Assembly (NCBI GenBank): GCA_033764015.1
Contig: JANRJK010000013.1
Span: 32,001 to 96,000, forward strand
Origin: Candidatus Sumerlaeia bacterium
GTDB lineage: Bacteria > Sumerlaeota > Sumerlaeia > SLMS01 > JANRJK01
Reading direction: 5' to 3'
Length of the DNA stretch: 64,000 bases
Positions 41,126 through 49,316 of this stretch are shown here, piece by piece. The number at the start of each line of letters is the position of its first letter. The stretch's first letter is position 1. Below the pieces are notes generated by a model. It saw only the letters and a program-made list of their open reading frames with translations, was not told the origin of the DNA and searched no databases. The position numbers were made by a program, and so were the translations under genes.

Positions 41126-42712
41126 ATGGATACCGCGCCCCCACCCCCGCCCGACCGTAACCGCGCCTCCATCCGCTGGGCGTGGGCCGCCTTCTTCGCG
41201 GCGTTCGGTATTGTGCTGCTCTGGTTCCGCGAAGCGGACGGCGACATCTGGCACCAGCTCGCCATCGGCGCGCACTGGTGGCGCACCGGCGAGGTTCAGA
41301 AGCAGGAGGTCTTCGCCTTCACCGAGACGCTCCCGCAAGTCATCAACCACGAGTGGGGGGCGGGGGTCTGGAACTGGCTGCTCCTCCTGTGGAGCGGATC
41401 GGCGGCGCTGCTCGCGTGGAAGGTCGCCGCCGCGTTCGGCGCGCTCGCGGCCGTGCTGGTCGTGGCAAGGCGGGCCGGCGCGCCGCACGGAGCGCTCCTC
41501 GCCATCGCGCCGTTGGCGGCCCTCGGGCTGCTGCCCGGATTCGTCCCCGTCGTCCGGGCGCATGTGTGGACGTACCTCGGGTTCGCGCTGCTGCTGCTCC
41601 TGCTGGACACGATCCGGCGGACGCACTCCGACGCCCCGCCGCTCCGGCGATGGGGTCCCGTCGGGCTCGGCGTGCTGCTCATGCTTGTGTGGGCAAACTG
41701 CCACGGTGGTTTCGTTGCGGGGTTCGGGCTGCTCGGCGTCTACACCCTGGGCGCTTGGCGCGAACGCCACGTCTTCGTCCGCCTGCTGGCGCTTTCTGTC
41801 GGGTGCTTCGCGGCGACCTTTGTGAACCCATGGGGATGGGAGTACTGGCCGCACCACCTGATGGCGCTGCGGCACGGGCGCCCGATGATCGCCGAGTGGG
41901 CGCCGCTCGCCTTCGAGGCCAACTCCTTCGCGACGTACTGGGTGCTCCTTCCCGTCATCGCGGCGGTGCTGGCCCTAGGCCGGCGCGGCGTCGAGCGCCA
42001 CGACTGGCCCGCGTTGGCGATGCTGGCGATCACGCTGCTGCTGCCGTTCAGCGCGCGACGCCACGTGCCCTTCCCCGCGCTCATGGCGGTCGTCGCGCTG
42101 GCGCCCTACCTTGCCGCCATCGCCGCGCGTTGGAACGAGCGGCTCCCGGCACGCGGACTCCCCGCGTTGGCAGCGGCGCACACGCTCGCGGCGCTCCTCG
42201 CGCTGGCCTTCCTCGGGCCGCAACTCCGCGCGTCCGTCCGCGCGCCGGTGGGCCTGTTCCCCGTGCGCGAGGCGGATATCCTCGAACGCAGCGGCCTCGC
42301 CGGCAACGTCGTGACGCCGTTCGCCTGGGGCTGCTACCTCAAGTGGCGCCTGCATCCGGCGGTGAAGGTCTCGATGGACGGGCGCTACGAAGCCGCCTAC
42401 CCGGAGGCGTCGTTCCTTGCGAACCAGGCGTTCCTCAACAAGGAGGGCGCGGATTGGGCGGGGGTGGTCCGCCGCCACCGCATCGACTTCGTGGTGCTGG
42501 ATCTCGCGCAGGAACGGCTCCGGCCGGAGGATCTGGGTCCCCTCGGGTTCCGCCTAGTCTACGAGGATCCCGGTGTGTCGGCCCTGCTCGTGTCGGAGGC
42601 GCGGCTCGATGAGTTCGCAGCGGCGATGGCGGGGGTGGACTTGGCGGCGCTGCCGACGCGCGATCCGTTCGACACGTCGATCCCGGAGCGCTGGCCCGTC
42701 AACTACGACTAG
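41126..42712 (+). CDS. Polytopic membrane protein, GT-C-like
   Basis: Acidic first loop DGDIWH, NHEW, WANCHGGF, VNPWG, EW, WGCYL, MDGRYE; about 11 TMs. Confidence 0.65.
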   Translation: MDTAPPPPPDRNRASIRWAWAAFFAAFGIVLLWFREADGDIWHQLAIGAHWWRTGEVQKQEVFAFTETLPQVINHEWGAGVWNWLLLLWSGSAALLAWKVAAAFGALAAVLVVARRAGAPHGALLAIAPLAALGLLPGFVPVVRAHVWTYLGFALLLLLLDTIRRTHSDAPPLRRWGPVGLGVLLMLVWANCHGGFVAGFGLLGVYTLGAWRERHVFVRLLALSVGCFAATFVNPWGWEYWPHHLMALRHGRPMIAEWAPLAFEANSFATYWVLLPVIAAVLALGRRGVERHDWPALAMLAITLLLPFSARRHVPFPALMAVVALAPYLAAIAARWNERLPARGLPALAAAHTLAALLALAFLGPQLRASVRAPVGLFPVREADILERSGLAGNVVTPFAWGCYLKWRLHPAVKVSMDGRYEAAYPEASFLANQAFLNKEGADWAGVVRRHRIDFVVLDLAQERLRPEDLGPLGFRLVYEDPGVSALLVSEARLDEFAAAMAGVDLAALPTRDPFDTSIPERWPVNYD

Positions 42713-42722
42713 CGAAAAGAAG

Positions 42723-42748
42723 CGGGGGAGGCCTCGCGGCCTCCCCCG
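42723..42748 (-). terminator. Intrinsic terminator after pilin copy A
   Basis: cgggggaggcc-tcgc-ggcctcccccg with gaaaagaag on its left (U-rich tail on minus strand). Confidence 0.75.
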
Positions 42749-42785
42749 GGAACTACACTGTAGCGTGCGGCTCACGCCGCTCGCA

Positions 42786-43133
42786 TCAGTTCGGGAAGGT
42801 GTGGGGGAACTGGGCCTGGCCGGAGAGCGAGCAGGTCGGGAGCGTGTCCATCGGGTTCACGACGTAGGCGCCGCCGCCCGGGCAGGTCGGGGCGCGACGC
42901 ACGTACAGCGTCTCAGCGTAAAGCTGGGCGGTCGTCGGGGTGGCCGTCGGGCCCTGACGGGTCTCAAGCGCCCACTGCTGCTTGGCGCCGTCGATCTTCG
43001 TCAGGTTCTCCTGGCAGGCCTGCTGCTGGGAGATGAGGCGGGCGCGGAGGAAGCCCGGGACCGCGATCGCGATCAGGATGCCGATGATCGCCACGACGAT
43101 CATGATTTCAACGAGAGTGAAGCCCTTGCGCAT
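42786..43133 (-). CDS. Type IV pilin, copy A (115 aa)
   Basis: MRKG|FTLVEIMIVVAIIGIL; AGGAG RBS; C-terminal CPGGGAY...PTC. Confidence 0.92.
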   Translation of the reverse strand: MRKGFTLVEIMIVVAIIGILIAIAVPGFLRARLISQQQACQENLTKIDGAKQQWALETRQGPTATPTTAQLYAETLYVRRAPTCPGGGAYVVNPMDTLPTCSLSGQAQFPHTFPN

Positions 43134-43182
43134 CTTAGTGCTCCTGGGAGTAGGACTGATGTCCTTCGGATGGAAACCATGA

Positions 43183-43198
43183 TGCATTCGGAATGCCA
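43183..43198 (-). promoter_or_regulatory. Sigma54 (-24/-12) promoter of pilin copy A
   Basis: Minus strand TGGCATTCCGAATGCA (GG-N10-GC), 50 bp from the ATG. Confidence 0.7.
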
Positions 43199-43370
43199 AC
43201 TTTCTTGGGGGGGGCAGTCGCCGAAATAGAGTTTTGAAGATAAATGACTTAGCGATTCTTCCGACAGCGGGGCGAATAGCTCCGGGCCCGATCCCGGTGG
43301 TGTATCAGCCGATTGCGTACCCATCCGCGGTGTAACCGCGTGCACAACTCGCCTCGCCCGAAAAGAAAAT

Positions 43371-43393
43371 CCCCCGGAGACAATGTCCGGGGG
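43371..43393 (-). terminator. Intrinsic terminator after pilin B
   Basis: cccccgga-gacaatg-tccggggg with aaaagaaaat on its left. Confidence 0.7.
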
Positions 43394-43446
43394 TGGGTTG
43401 GGAACCGCGAAACGGCTGCAACGGCGATGTGGACCGTGGCTGGCGG

Positions 43447-43815
43447 TCAGATGTCGGGGAAAACGTGGGGGAAATCGGCGTTGGAGCTTTGCGAGCAGGT
43501 CGGGCGGGTTTGAAGGTCGCCTATCGTGTACGCGCCACCGGAGGGGCAGTTGGGGGCCGAACGGAGATACAGATCCATTCCGTACAGCTCGGCATCGGTC
43601 GGCGTCGCGGAGGGTCCCATCTTGTTCTCGAGGGCCCACTGCTCCTTCGCGCCGTCGATCTTGGTCAGGTTTTCCTGGCAGATCTGCTGCTGGCTGAGCT
43701 GGCGCTGCCGGAACCAGCCTGGGAGGGCGATGGCGATAACGATGCCGATGATCCCCACGACGATCATGATCTCAAGCATCGTAAAGCCGCGCGAGGTGCG
43801 GGAGAGGTTACGCAT
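43447..43815 (-). CDS. Type IV pilin, divergent paralogue B (122 aa)
   Basis: RG|FTMLEIMIVVGIIGIV; shares CQENLTKIDGAK.QWALE and CP.GGAY with copies A and C. Confidence 0.9.
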   Translation of the reverse strand: MRNLSRTSRGFTMLEIMIVVGIIGIVIAIALPGWFRQRQLSQQQICQENLTKIDGAKEQWALENKMGPSATPTDAELYGMDLYLRSAPNCPSGGAYTIGDLQTRPTCSQSSNADFPHVFPDI

Positions 43816-43855
43816 GGCCGGGGGGAGTCGCTCGCGGGGGATGGTGAAAAGGAGA

Positions 43856-43890
43856 CGGCGCGGAGGAGCGTTGTGAGCCCCTCCGCGCCG
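43856..43890 (-). terminator. Hairpin between pilin C and pilin B
   Basis: cggcgcggagg...cctccgcgccg 11-bp stem, followed on minus strand by tctccttttc. Confidence 0.6.
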
Positions 43891-43929
43891 GGGTATTAAG
43901 CAATCAAGCTACGCGGAGGCGGAGCTGGA

Positions 43930-44277
43930 TCAGTTCGGGAAGGTGTGGGGGAACTGGGCCTGGCCGGAGAGCGAGCAGGTCGGGAGCGCATCCATCTGGT
44001 TGATCGTGTACGCGCCGCCGCCCGGGCAGGTCGGCTCGCGACGGACGTACAGCGTCTCGGCGTACAGGTTGGCCGAGGTCGGGGAGGCCGTCGGGCCCTG
44101 ACGGGTCTCAAGCGCCCACTGCTGCTTGGCGCCGTCGATCTTCGTCAGGTTCTCCTGGCAGGCCTGCTGCTGGGAGATGAGGCGGGCGCGAAGGAAGCCC
44201 GGGACCGCGATCGCGATCAGGATGCCGATGATCGCCACGACGATCATGATTTCAACGAGAGTGAAGCCCTTGCGCAT
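43930..44277 (-). CDS. Type IV pilin, copy C (115 aa)
   Basis: MRKG|FTLVEIM; differs from copy A at 8 of 115 residues. Confidence 0.92.
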   Translation of the reverse strand: MRKGFTLVEIMIVVAIIGILIAIAVPGFLRARLISQQQACQENLTKIDGAKQQWALETRQGPTASPTSANLYAETLYVRREPTCPGGGAYTINQMDALPTCSLSGQAQFPHTFPN

Positions 44278-44327
44278 CTTAGTGCTCCTTAGAAACGTGT
44301 TTGTTGTCCTGCGGACCCCCCATCAGT

Positions 44328-44343
44328 GGCAGGCTACGTGCCA
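44328..44343 (-). promoter_or_regulatory. Sigma54 (-24/-12) promoter of pilin copy C
   Basis: Minus strand TGGCACGTAGCCTGCC (GG-N10-GC), 51 bp from the ATG. Confidence 0.72.
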
Positions 44344-44497
44344 TTCTTCACGGATGACTCGCAGGGGCGGAAAAATCTTGTCGAGTATCTGAAATAATTG
44401 ACGTTGATTGAAGGCTCGATCTCCTCGATCGGAAGGACCGGTTGGGCGGGGACGAGCAACGGGAAGGCGATTACCCAAGTTGGGTGAACCACGCTTC

Positions 44498-45727
44498 TCA
44501 ATCGGAGGAGGATTCCGGCTCAACCACCACCACGCATGGGTCGAGCAGATAGCGGTTCGCCACCCGCATCACGTCGCGGCTGGTCACGGCCTTCACCTGC
44601 TCCAGGTAGCTAAGGTGGAACTCCGCCGGGTACCCGTACAGCAGGTGCGCGGCGGCCACGCCGGCGCGGTCGCGATTCGTCTCCATGGCACGCAGGTAGT
44701 TCCCGGTCAGGTAGTTCCGCGCCCGGTCGAGGTCCTCTTCGCCGACCACTTCCTCGCGCAGGCGCACGGTGTGCTCCCAGAGGCCCTTCTCCGCCTCCTC
44801 CAGCGTCTGCGGGCGAGTGCCGATGTACGTGTAGAAGTAGCCGTGGAGCTGCTGGAAGACCGTCGAGCAGCCCACCGCGTAGGCGAGCCCCCGCCGGTCG
44901 CGCAGGTCGGTGAACAGGCGGCTGCTCATCCCGCCTCCGAGGATGTTCGCGGCGACCGCCAAGGGCGCCGCGTCGGCGTCGCCGAAGCCTGGCGCCACGA
45001 ACCCCATGGCGGCGAAGCCCTGCTGGACCGCGCGGCGGAGGACTTGCCGCGAGGCCCGCGGCGCGAGGGCCACCTCGGCCCGGATCGCCGGGCGGCGCGC
45101 CCGGCCCTCCGACAGCGGGAAGTGCCGCAGCGCCAAGTCCCGCGCCTCGCCCAGCCCGATGTCGCCCACGATCGCGATGGTCCCCGCCGTCGTCAGAAGG
45201 TGGTCCCGGTGCCGGAGCGCGAGATCGCGCTGGCCCAGCTCGCGGACGGTCTCCTCCTCGCCTTCGGCGGGGCGGCCGTAGGCGTGCGGGAGGAAGAGCG
45301 CCGCGCGCAGCCGCTTCATCGCGAACGCCGGCGTGCGGTCCTCGCGCGCCTTCAGATCGGCGATGACGCGGGGCTTCAGCCGGTCGATCTCGTCCCAGGG
45401 GAACGTGGCGCCGAGGAACAGTTCGCCGGCCAGCGCGAGCGCGGCGGGGAAGTCCTCGCGCAGCGCCTGCACCGAGAGGCCCGTCGCGTCGAGCCCCGCC
45501 GCGGCGCCGTAAACCGCGCCGAGGTCCTCGAACGCCTCGGCGATGGCGGACGCGCCCCGCGAGGCGGTCCCGCGGTCGAGCATCTTCGCCATGAAGGAGG
45601 TGAGCCCCAGCTGTCGCGCGTCCTCGTCCCGGGCGCCGGCGCCGACCAGCAGGGAGCACGCGACGGAGGGCGCCGCCCTGTTCTCCTCGTGGTGCAGGAG
45701 GAATCCGTTGGGGAGAAGTTCGGCCAT
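44498..45727 (-). CDS. M16B peptidase, non-catalytic subunit (cytoplasmic)
   Basis: LPNG, GGGMSSRLF..LRDRRGLAY; HxxEH replaced by FMAKM. Confidence 0.88.
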   Translation of the reverse strand: MAELLPNGFLLHHEENRAAPSVACSLLVGAGARDEDARQLGLTSFMAKMLDRGTASRGASAIAEAFEDLGAVYGAAAGLDATGLSVQALREDFPAALALAGELFLGATFPWDEIDRLKPRVIADLKAREDRTPAFAMKRLRAALFLPHAYGRPAEGEEETVRELGQRDLALRHRDHLLTTAGTIAIVGDIGLGEARDLALRHFPLSEGRARRPAIRAEVALAPRASRQVLRRAVQQGFAAMGFVAPGFGDADAAPLAVAANILGGGMSSRLFTDLRDRRGLAYAVGCSTVFQQLHGYFYTYIGTRPQTLEEAEKGLWEHTVRLREEVVGEEDLDRARNYLTGNYLRAMETNRDRAGVAAAHLLYGYPAEFHLSYLEQVKAVTSRDVMRVANRYLLDPCVVVVEPESSSD

Positions 45728-45766
45728 GGATGCGGTCGCCTCGGCGTTCGATGGAGGAAGTGCGGT

Positions 45767-47011
45767 TCAGGCGTCCGGCGGGGCTTCCGGTCCGGTGGTG
45801 AAGACGCTGGCGGCCTCCCGGCGGAAGACGGCGCCGATTTGCGCAAGGACCGCTTCCGGCGGGCAAGCGCGCAGCGCCTCCGCGTAGCGCGCGAAGCCGT
45901 CGTCGTTGCCGTAAAGCACTCGGGAGTGGCCGATGATCGACGCGGTGGCGGAGTTCGTCTCGCGCGCGAGCAGGTGCGAGGTGGCCAGGGTGCGGCGCGC
46001 GCGGCCCAGCTCGCCGGGGCGGAAGCCGTCCCGGAGCAGCGCGGCCACCTCCTCGAACGCGCCGTCGAGCGCCGCTCCGAAGTTCTTCGCCGCGCAGCGC
46101 CCGCCGATGTACGCGAGCGACGGCTCGCGGTTCGTCGGCACCCAGGCGCTGATGGAGGACACAAGGCGGTCCTGCTCCCGCAGACGCGCGACGAGGCGGG
46201 TCGTGCGGCTCGAGCCGAGGACCGTCCCCGCGAGGTCCGCCGCGGCTTCCTCCTCGACCGTGCGAACCGCGGGTGCGGGGAAGGTGAGCGCGAAGTAGAG
46301 GTCGCTCCAGGGGCGCTCGTAGTGCCGCCGCGCGGGCTGGGTGAAGTCGCTGGCGGGCGCCGCCGTCCGGTGCGGGCGGAGCGGCCGCGACCAGCCGCCG
46401 AACGCCTCCTCGACCGAGGCGAGCGCCGAGCCGCGATCGAACGCCCCGGCGAGCACCAGGGTGGTGTTCTCCGGCGCGTAGAAGCGTTCGTAGTGGTCCG
46501 CGAGCTGGTCCCGCGTGAGCGCGGCGACCGACTCCTCGAAGCCGATCACGGGGTGGCTGTAGGCGCCCGCCCGCATCGCCTCGGTCCGCACCTTGTCGTA
46601 GAGGAAGCCCGTCGGGTCGTCGTTCTTGCGGGCGATCTCCTCCAGGATCACCTTCCGCTCCGAGTCCACCTCGTGCGGCGTGATGGAGGAGTTGCGAAGC
46701 ACGTCGGCGAAATCGTCGAGCCCCCTGCGGAGCCCCTCGCTCGGTAGCTCGATGTAATAGTGCGTGTAGTCGAAACTGGTGGCGGCGTTCAGGTAGCCGC
46801 CGAGCGCCTCGATCCGGCGGTCGTACTCGCCGGGGCCGAGGTGCGCGGTGCCCTTGAACAGCATGTGCTCCAGGTAGTGCGACACCCCCGCCAGGTGCCG
46901 GGGCTCATCGCCCGCGCCCACGCGGAACCAGGCGTCCGCGGTGACGAGCGGAAGGGCCGGGTTCGGGACAAGGACGACGGTGAGGTTGTTGCCGAGCCGG
47001 TGGACCGTCAC
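45767..47011 (-). CDS. M16B peptidase, catalytic subunit (cytoplasmic)
   Basis: GVSHYLEHMLFKGT, NAATSFDYT, ERKVILEE; no signal peptide. Confidence 0.92.
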   Translation of the reverse strand: MTVHRLGNNLTVVLVPNPALPLVTADAWFRVGAGDEPRHLAGVSHYLEHMLFKGTAHLGPGEYDRRIEALGGYLNAATSFDYTHYYIELPSEGLRRGLDDFADVLRNSSITPHEVDSERKVILEEIARKNDDPTGFLYDKVRTEAMRAGAYSHPVIGFEESVAALTRDQLADHYERFYAPENTTLVLAGAFDRGSALASVEEAFGGWSRPLRPHRTAAPASDFTQPARRHYERPWSDLYFALTFPAPAVRTVEEEAAADLAGTVLGSSRTTRLVARLREQDRLVSSISAWVPTNREPSLAYIGGRCAAKNFGAALDGAFEEVAALLRDGFRPGELGRARRTLATSHLLARETNSATASIIGHSRVLYGNDDGFARYAEALRACPPEAVLAQIGAVFRREAASVFTTGPEAPPDA

Positions 47012-48318
47012 CGATGGTGGCCGTTGCCGTTTCCGTTGCCGTTGTGGTGGCCGTTCGAGTGGCCGTTGGAGTGGCCGTTCAGGATGTGCGGCTCGCTGGG
47101 CGGGCCGATGATGCCCAGCTCGCGTCCCGCGCGCTCCATGATGTCGAGCGCGCGCTCGAGCTGCGGGCGCGTGTGCGAGGCCATGACGCTAACGCGCATC
47201 AGGCATCGCGTCGACGGCGTCGCCGGCGGCACCACGGGGTTCACGAAGAGCCCCTCGTCGTGGAGGCGGCGCCACATGGCGAAGCAGCGTTCGAGCTCGC
47301 CCACGGCGACCGGGATGATCGGCGTCGCGGAGGCGCCGATGTCGAAGCCGAGGTTCCTGAGGCCGTCCTGCATGAAGCGCGTGTTCTCCCAGAGGCGGAT
47401 GCGGTGCTCCGGCTCCGTCTCGAGGATTTCGAGCGCCTTGATCGCCGCCGCCACGCAGGCGGGGGCGGGGGAGGCCGAGAAGATCAGGGCCCGCGCGTGG
47501 TGCTTCAGGTAGTCGATGGTGTTCGAGTCGCCCACGACGAAGCCGCCGATGGACGCGAGCGACTTCGAGAAGGTGCCGCCGATGAGCGCCACCTCGTCGT
47601 CGAGGCCGAAATGGTTCGCGGTGCCGTTGCCCTTCGAGCCGAGCACGCCGATCGAGTGCGCGTCGTCCACCATGATCGCGGCGTCGTGGCGCTTGGCCAC
47701 TTCGACCAGCTCGGGGAGCGGGCAGATGTCGCCCTCCATCGAGTAGACGCCGTCCACCACGATCAGCTTCCCCTTGGCGTCGCTCGCGCCGAGCAGGCGG
47801 TCCAGGTGTGCCATGTTGTTGTGGTGGAACTTCATCACGCGCCCGAATCCGAGGCGCGTGCCGTCGAGGATCGAGGCGTGGTCCGCGCGGTCGATGAACA
47901 CCGCGTCGTCCCGCCCGGCGAGGGCGGCGATGACGCCGAGGTTCACCTGGAAGCCCGTCGTGAAGACGAGGGCCGCCTCCTTATTCATGAAGCGCGCGAT
48001 GCGCTCCTCCAGCTCGATGTGGATATCGAGCGTGCCGTTCAGGAATCGGGATCCGGCGCATCCGCTGCCGTAAAGGTCGACGGCCGCCTTCGCCGCTTCC
48101 TTGATGCGCGGGTCGATCGTCAAGCCGAGGTAGGAGTTGGAACCGAGCATCAGCATCGTGCGGCCGTCGATCACGACTTCCGTGTCCTGGGCCGACTCGA
48201 TGGTGCGGAAATACGGATAGAGGCCAACGGCGCGAAGCTCATCGGCGCGCGTGAAATCGCGGCACTTGTCGAAGAGGGAAGCGCTCGCGGCGGATTTGTG
48301 GCGCGGCATCGCGGTCAT
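47008..48318 (-). CDS. spt: Alpha-oxoamine synthase, most like serine palmitoyltransferase
   Basis: GLYPYFR.IES.Q.TEV, GSNSYLGLT, GCAGSRFLNGT, TGFQVNLG, DHASI, GTFSKS (PLP Lys), IFSAS. Confidence 0.75.
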   Translation of the reverse strand: MTAMPRHKSAASASLFDKCRDFTRADELRAVGLYPYFRTIESAQDTEVVIDGRTMLMLGSNSYLGLTIDPRIKEAAKAAVDLYGSGCAGSRFLNGTLDIHIELEERIARFMNKEAALVFTTGFQVNLGVIAALAGRDDAVFIDRADHASILDGTRLGFGRVMKFHHNNMAHLDRLLGASDAKGKLIVVDGVYSMEGDICPLPELVEVAKRHDAAIMVDDAHSIGVLGSKGNGTANHFGLDDEVALIGGTFSKSLASIGGFVVGDSNTIDYLKHHARALIFSASPAPACVAAAIKALEILETEPEHRIRLWENTRFMQDGLRNLGFDIGASATPIIPVAVGELERCFAMWRRLHDEGLFVNPVVPPATPSTRCLMRVSVMASHTRPQLERALDIMERAGRELGIIGPPSEPHILNGHSNGHSNGHHNGNGNGNGHHR

Positions 48319-48608
48319 GGTCTCTGGTCCACCTTTCATGAGGGTTTTTAAAAGCCCCCGGCCTTGCAAGAAACGGCGCTAAATCGACGCCGTTCAACCA
48401 ACTGGCACAAGGGCAGACCCGCCCCGTTCACAAAGGCAACGGAATAGCGGCACCCCCTCGCCACAATAAAGCCTATCACTCGGGCGCCCGGACTTCGCCC
48501 GGAAATCGAAGAAACTCCGCCATTTCCGGACAAGCCGACGGAAGGGCACGGCCCTCGCTCCAACGCTACCAACAGCCTCACCGCCCCACTCAGGAAAGCC
48601 CCCGCCCA

Positions 48609-49304
48609 ATGAAGATGCCTCTCCGCGTTTCAACCCTGTTGATCACCGCAGCCACGATGGGGTGCGCCTTAGCCGGCGGACTGGTCGGAGCCCGCTCCGC
48701 CTACGAGGAGCCCGCCCACGAAGTCCTCGCCGCCCCTGCCGAGCGTGTCCAGATCCGCCGCTACGAGCCTCGAATCGTCGCGGAGGTCACCGTCGACGCG
48801 GCCACCGCGAAGCGCGGCGAGAACGACGCGTTCGGGTACCTGTTCCGCTACATCAGCGGCGCCAATCGCGAGCGCCGCGAGGTCTCCATGACCGTTCCCG
48901 TGGAGGTCCGCGAGGAGTCCGCATCCCGGAAGATCGACATGACGACTCCGGTCGAGGTGATGGGCGACCGGGCGGGCAGCTACACCATGCGCTTCTTCCT
49001 CCCCGCCGAGTTCACGATGGAGACGGCGCCCGAGCCCACCGATCCGAAGGTCCGCCTGGTGGAGCTGCCCGGCGAGACCGTCGCGACGCTCCGCTTCGCC
49101 GGCGTCGCATCGGAGCGCGATGTGGAAACCCGCAAGGCCGAGCTGCTCAAGTCGATCGAAGGCAGCGGTTGGCGTCCCGAGGGCGAGCCGACGGTCTACT
49201 ACTACGATCCCCCGTTCACGCCCGGGATGTTCCGCCGCAACGAGGTGCTTGTGAAGGTGGCGGAAGAGCCCAAGGCGGACGCCGCGGCGGCCGCGACCGA
49301 GTAG
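48609..49304 (+). CDS. SOUL heme-binding family protein
   Basis: YEEP, IRRY, LFRYISGAN, MTVPV/MTTPV, MRFFLP, YDPPFT..FRRNEV. Confidence 0.92.
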   Translation: MKMPLRVSTLLITAATMGCALAGGLVGARSAYEEPAHEVLAAPAERVQIRRYEPRIVAEVTVDAATAKRGENDAFGYLFRYISGANRERREVSMTVPVEVREESASRKIDMTTPVEVMGDRAGSYTMRFFLPAEFTMETAPEPTDPKVRLVELPGETVATLRFAGVASERDVETRKAELLKSIEGSGWRPEGEPTVYYYDPPFTPGMFRRNEVLVKVAEEPKADAAAAATE

Positions 49305-49316
49305 CGCCAGCGGCCC

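Noticed and set aside
42786..44277. Diversity-generating retroelement (TR/VR pair) explaining the pilin duplicates
   Set aside because: Differences are not adenine-specific (many G/C and C/T swaps), both copies are complete genes, and no reverse transcriptase lies in the window.
42786..44277. Conductive e-pili
   Set aside because: The mature pilins are ~110 aa with modest aromatic content, unlike short aromatic-dense Geobacter-type pilins.
43225..44412. IHF sites upstream of the pilin promoters
   Set aside because: The AT-rich tracts only partly match WATCAANNNNTTR, too weak to call.
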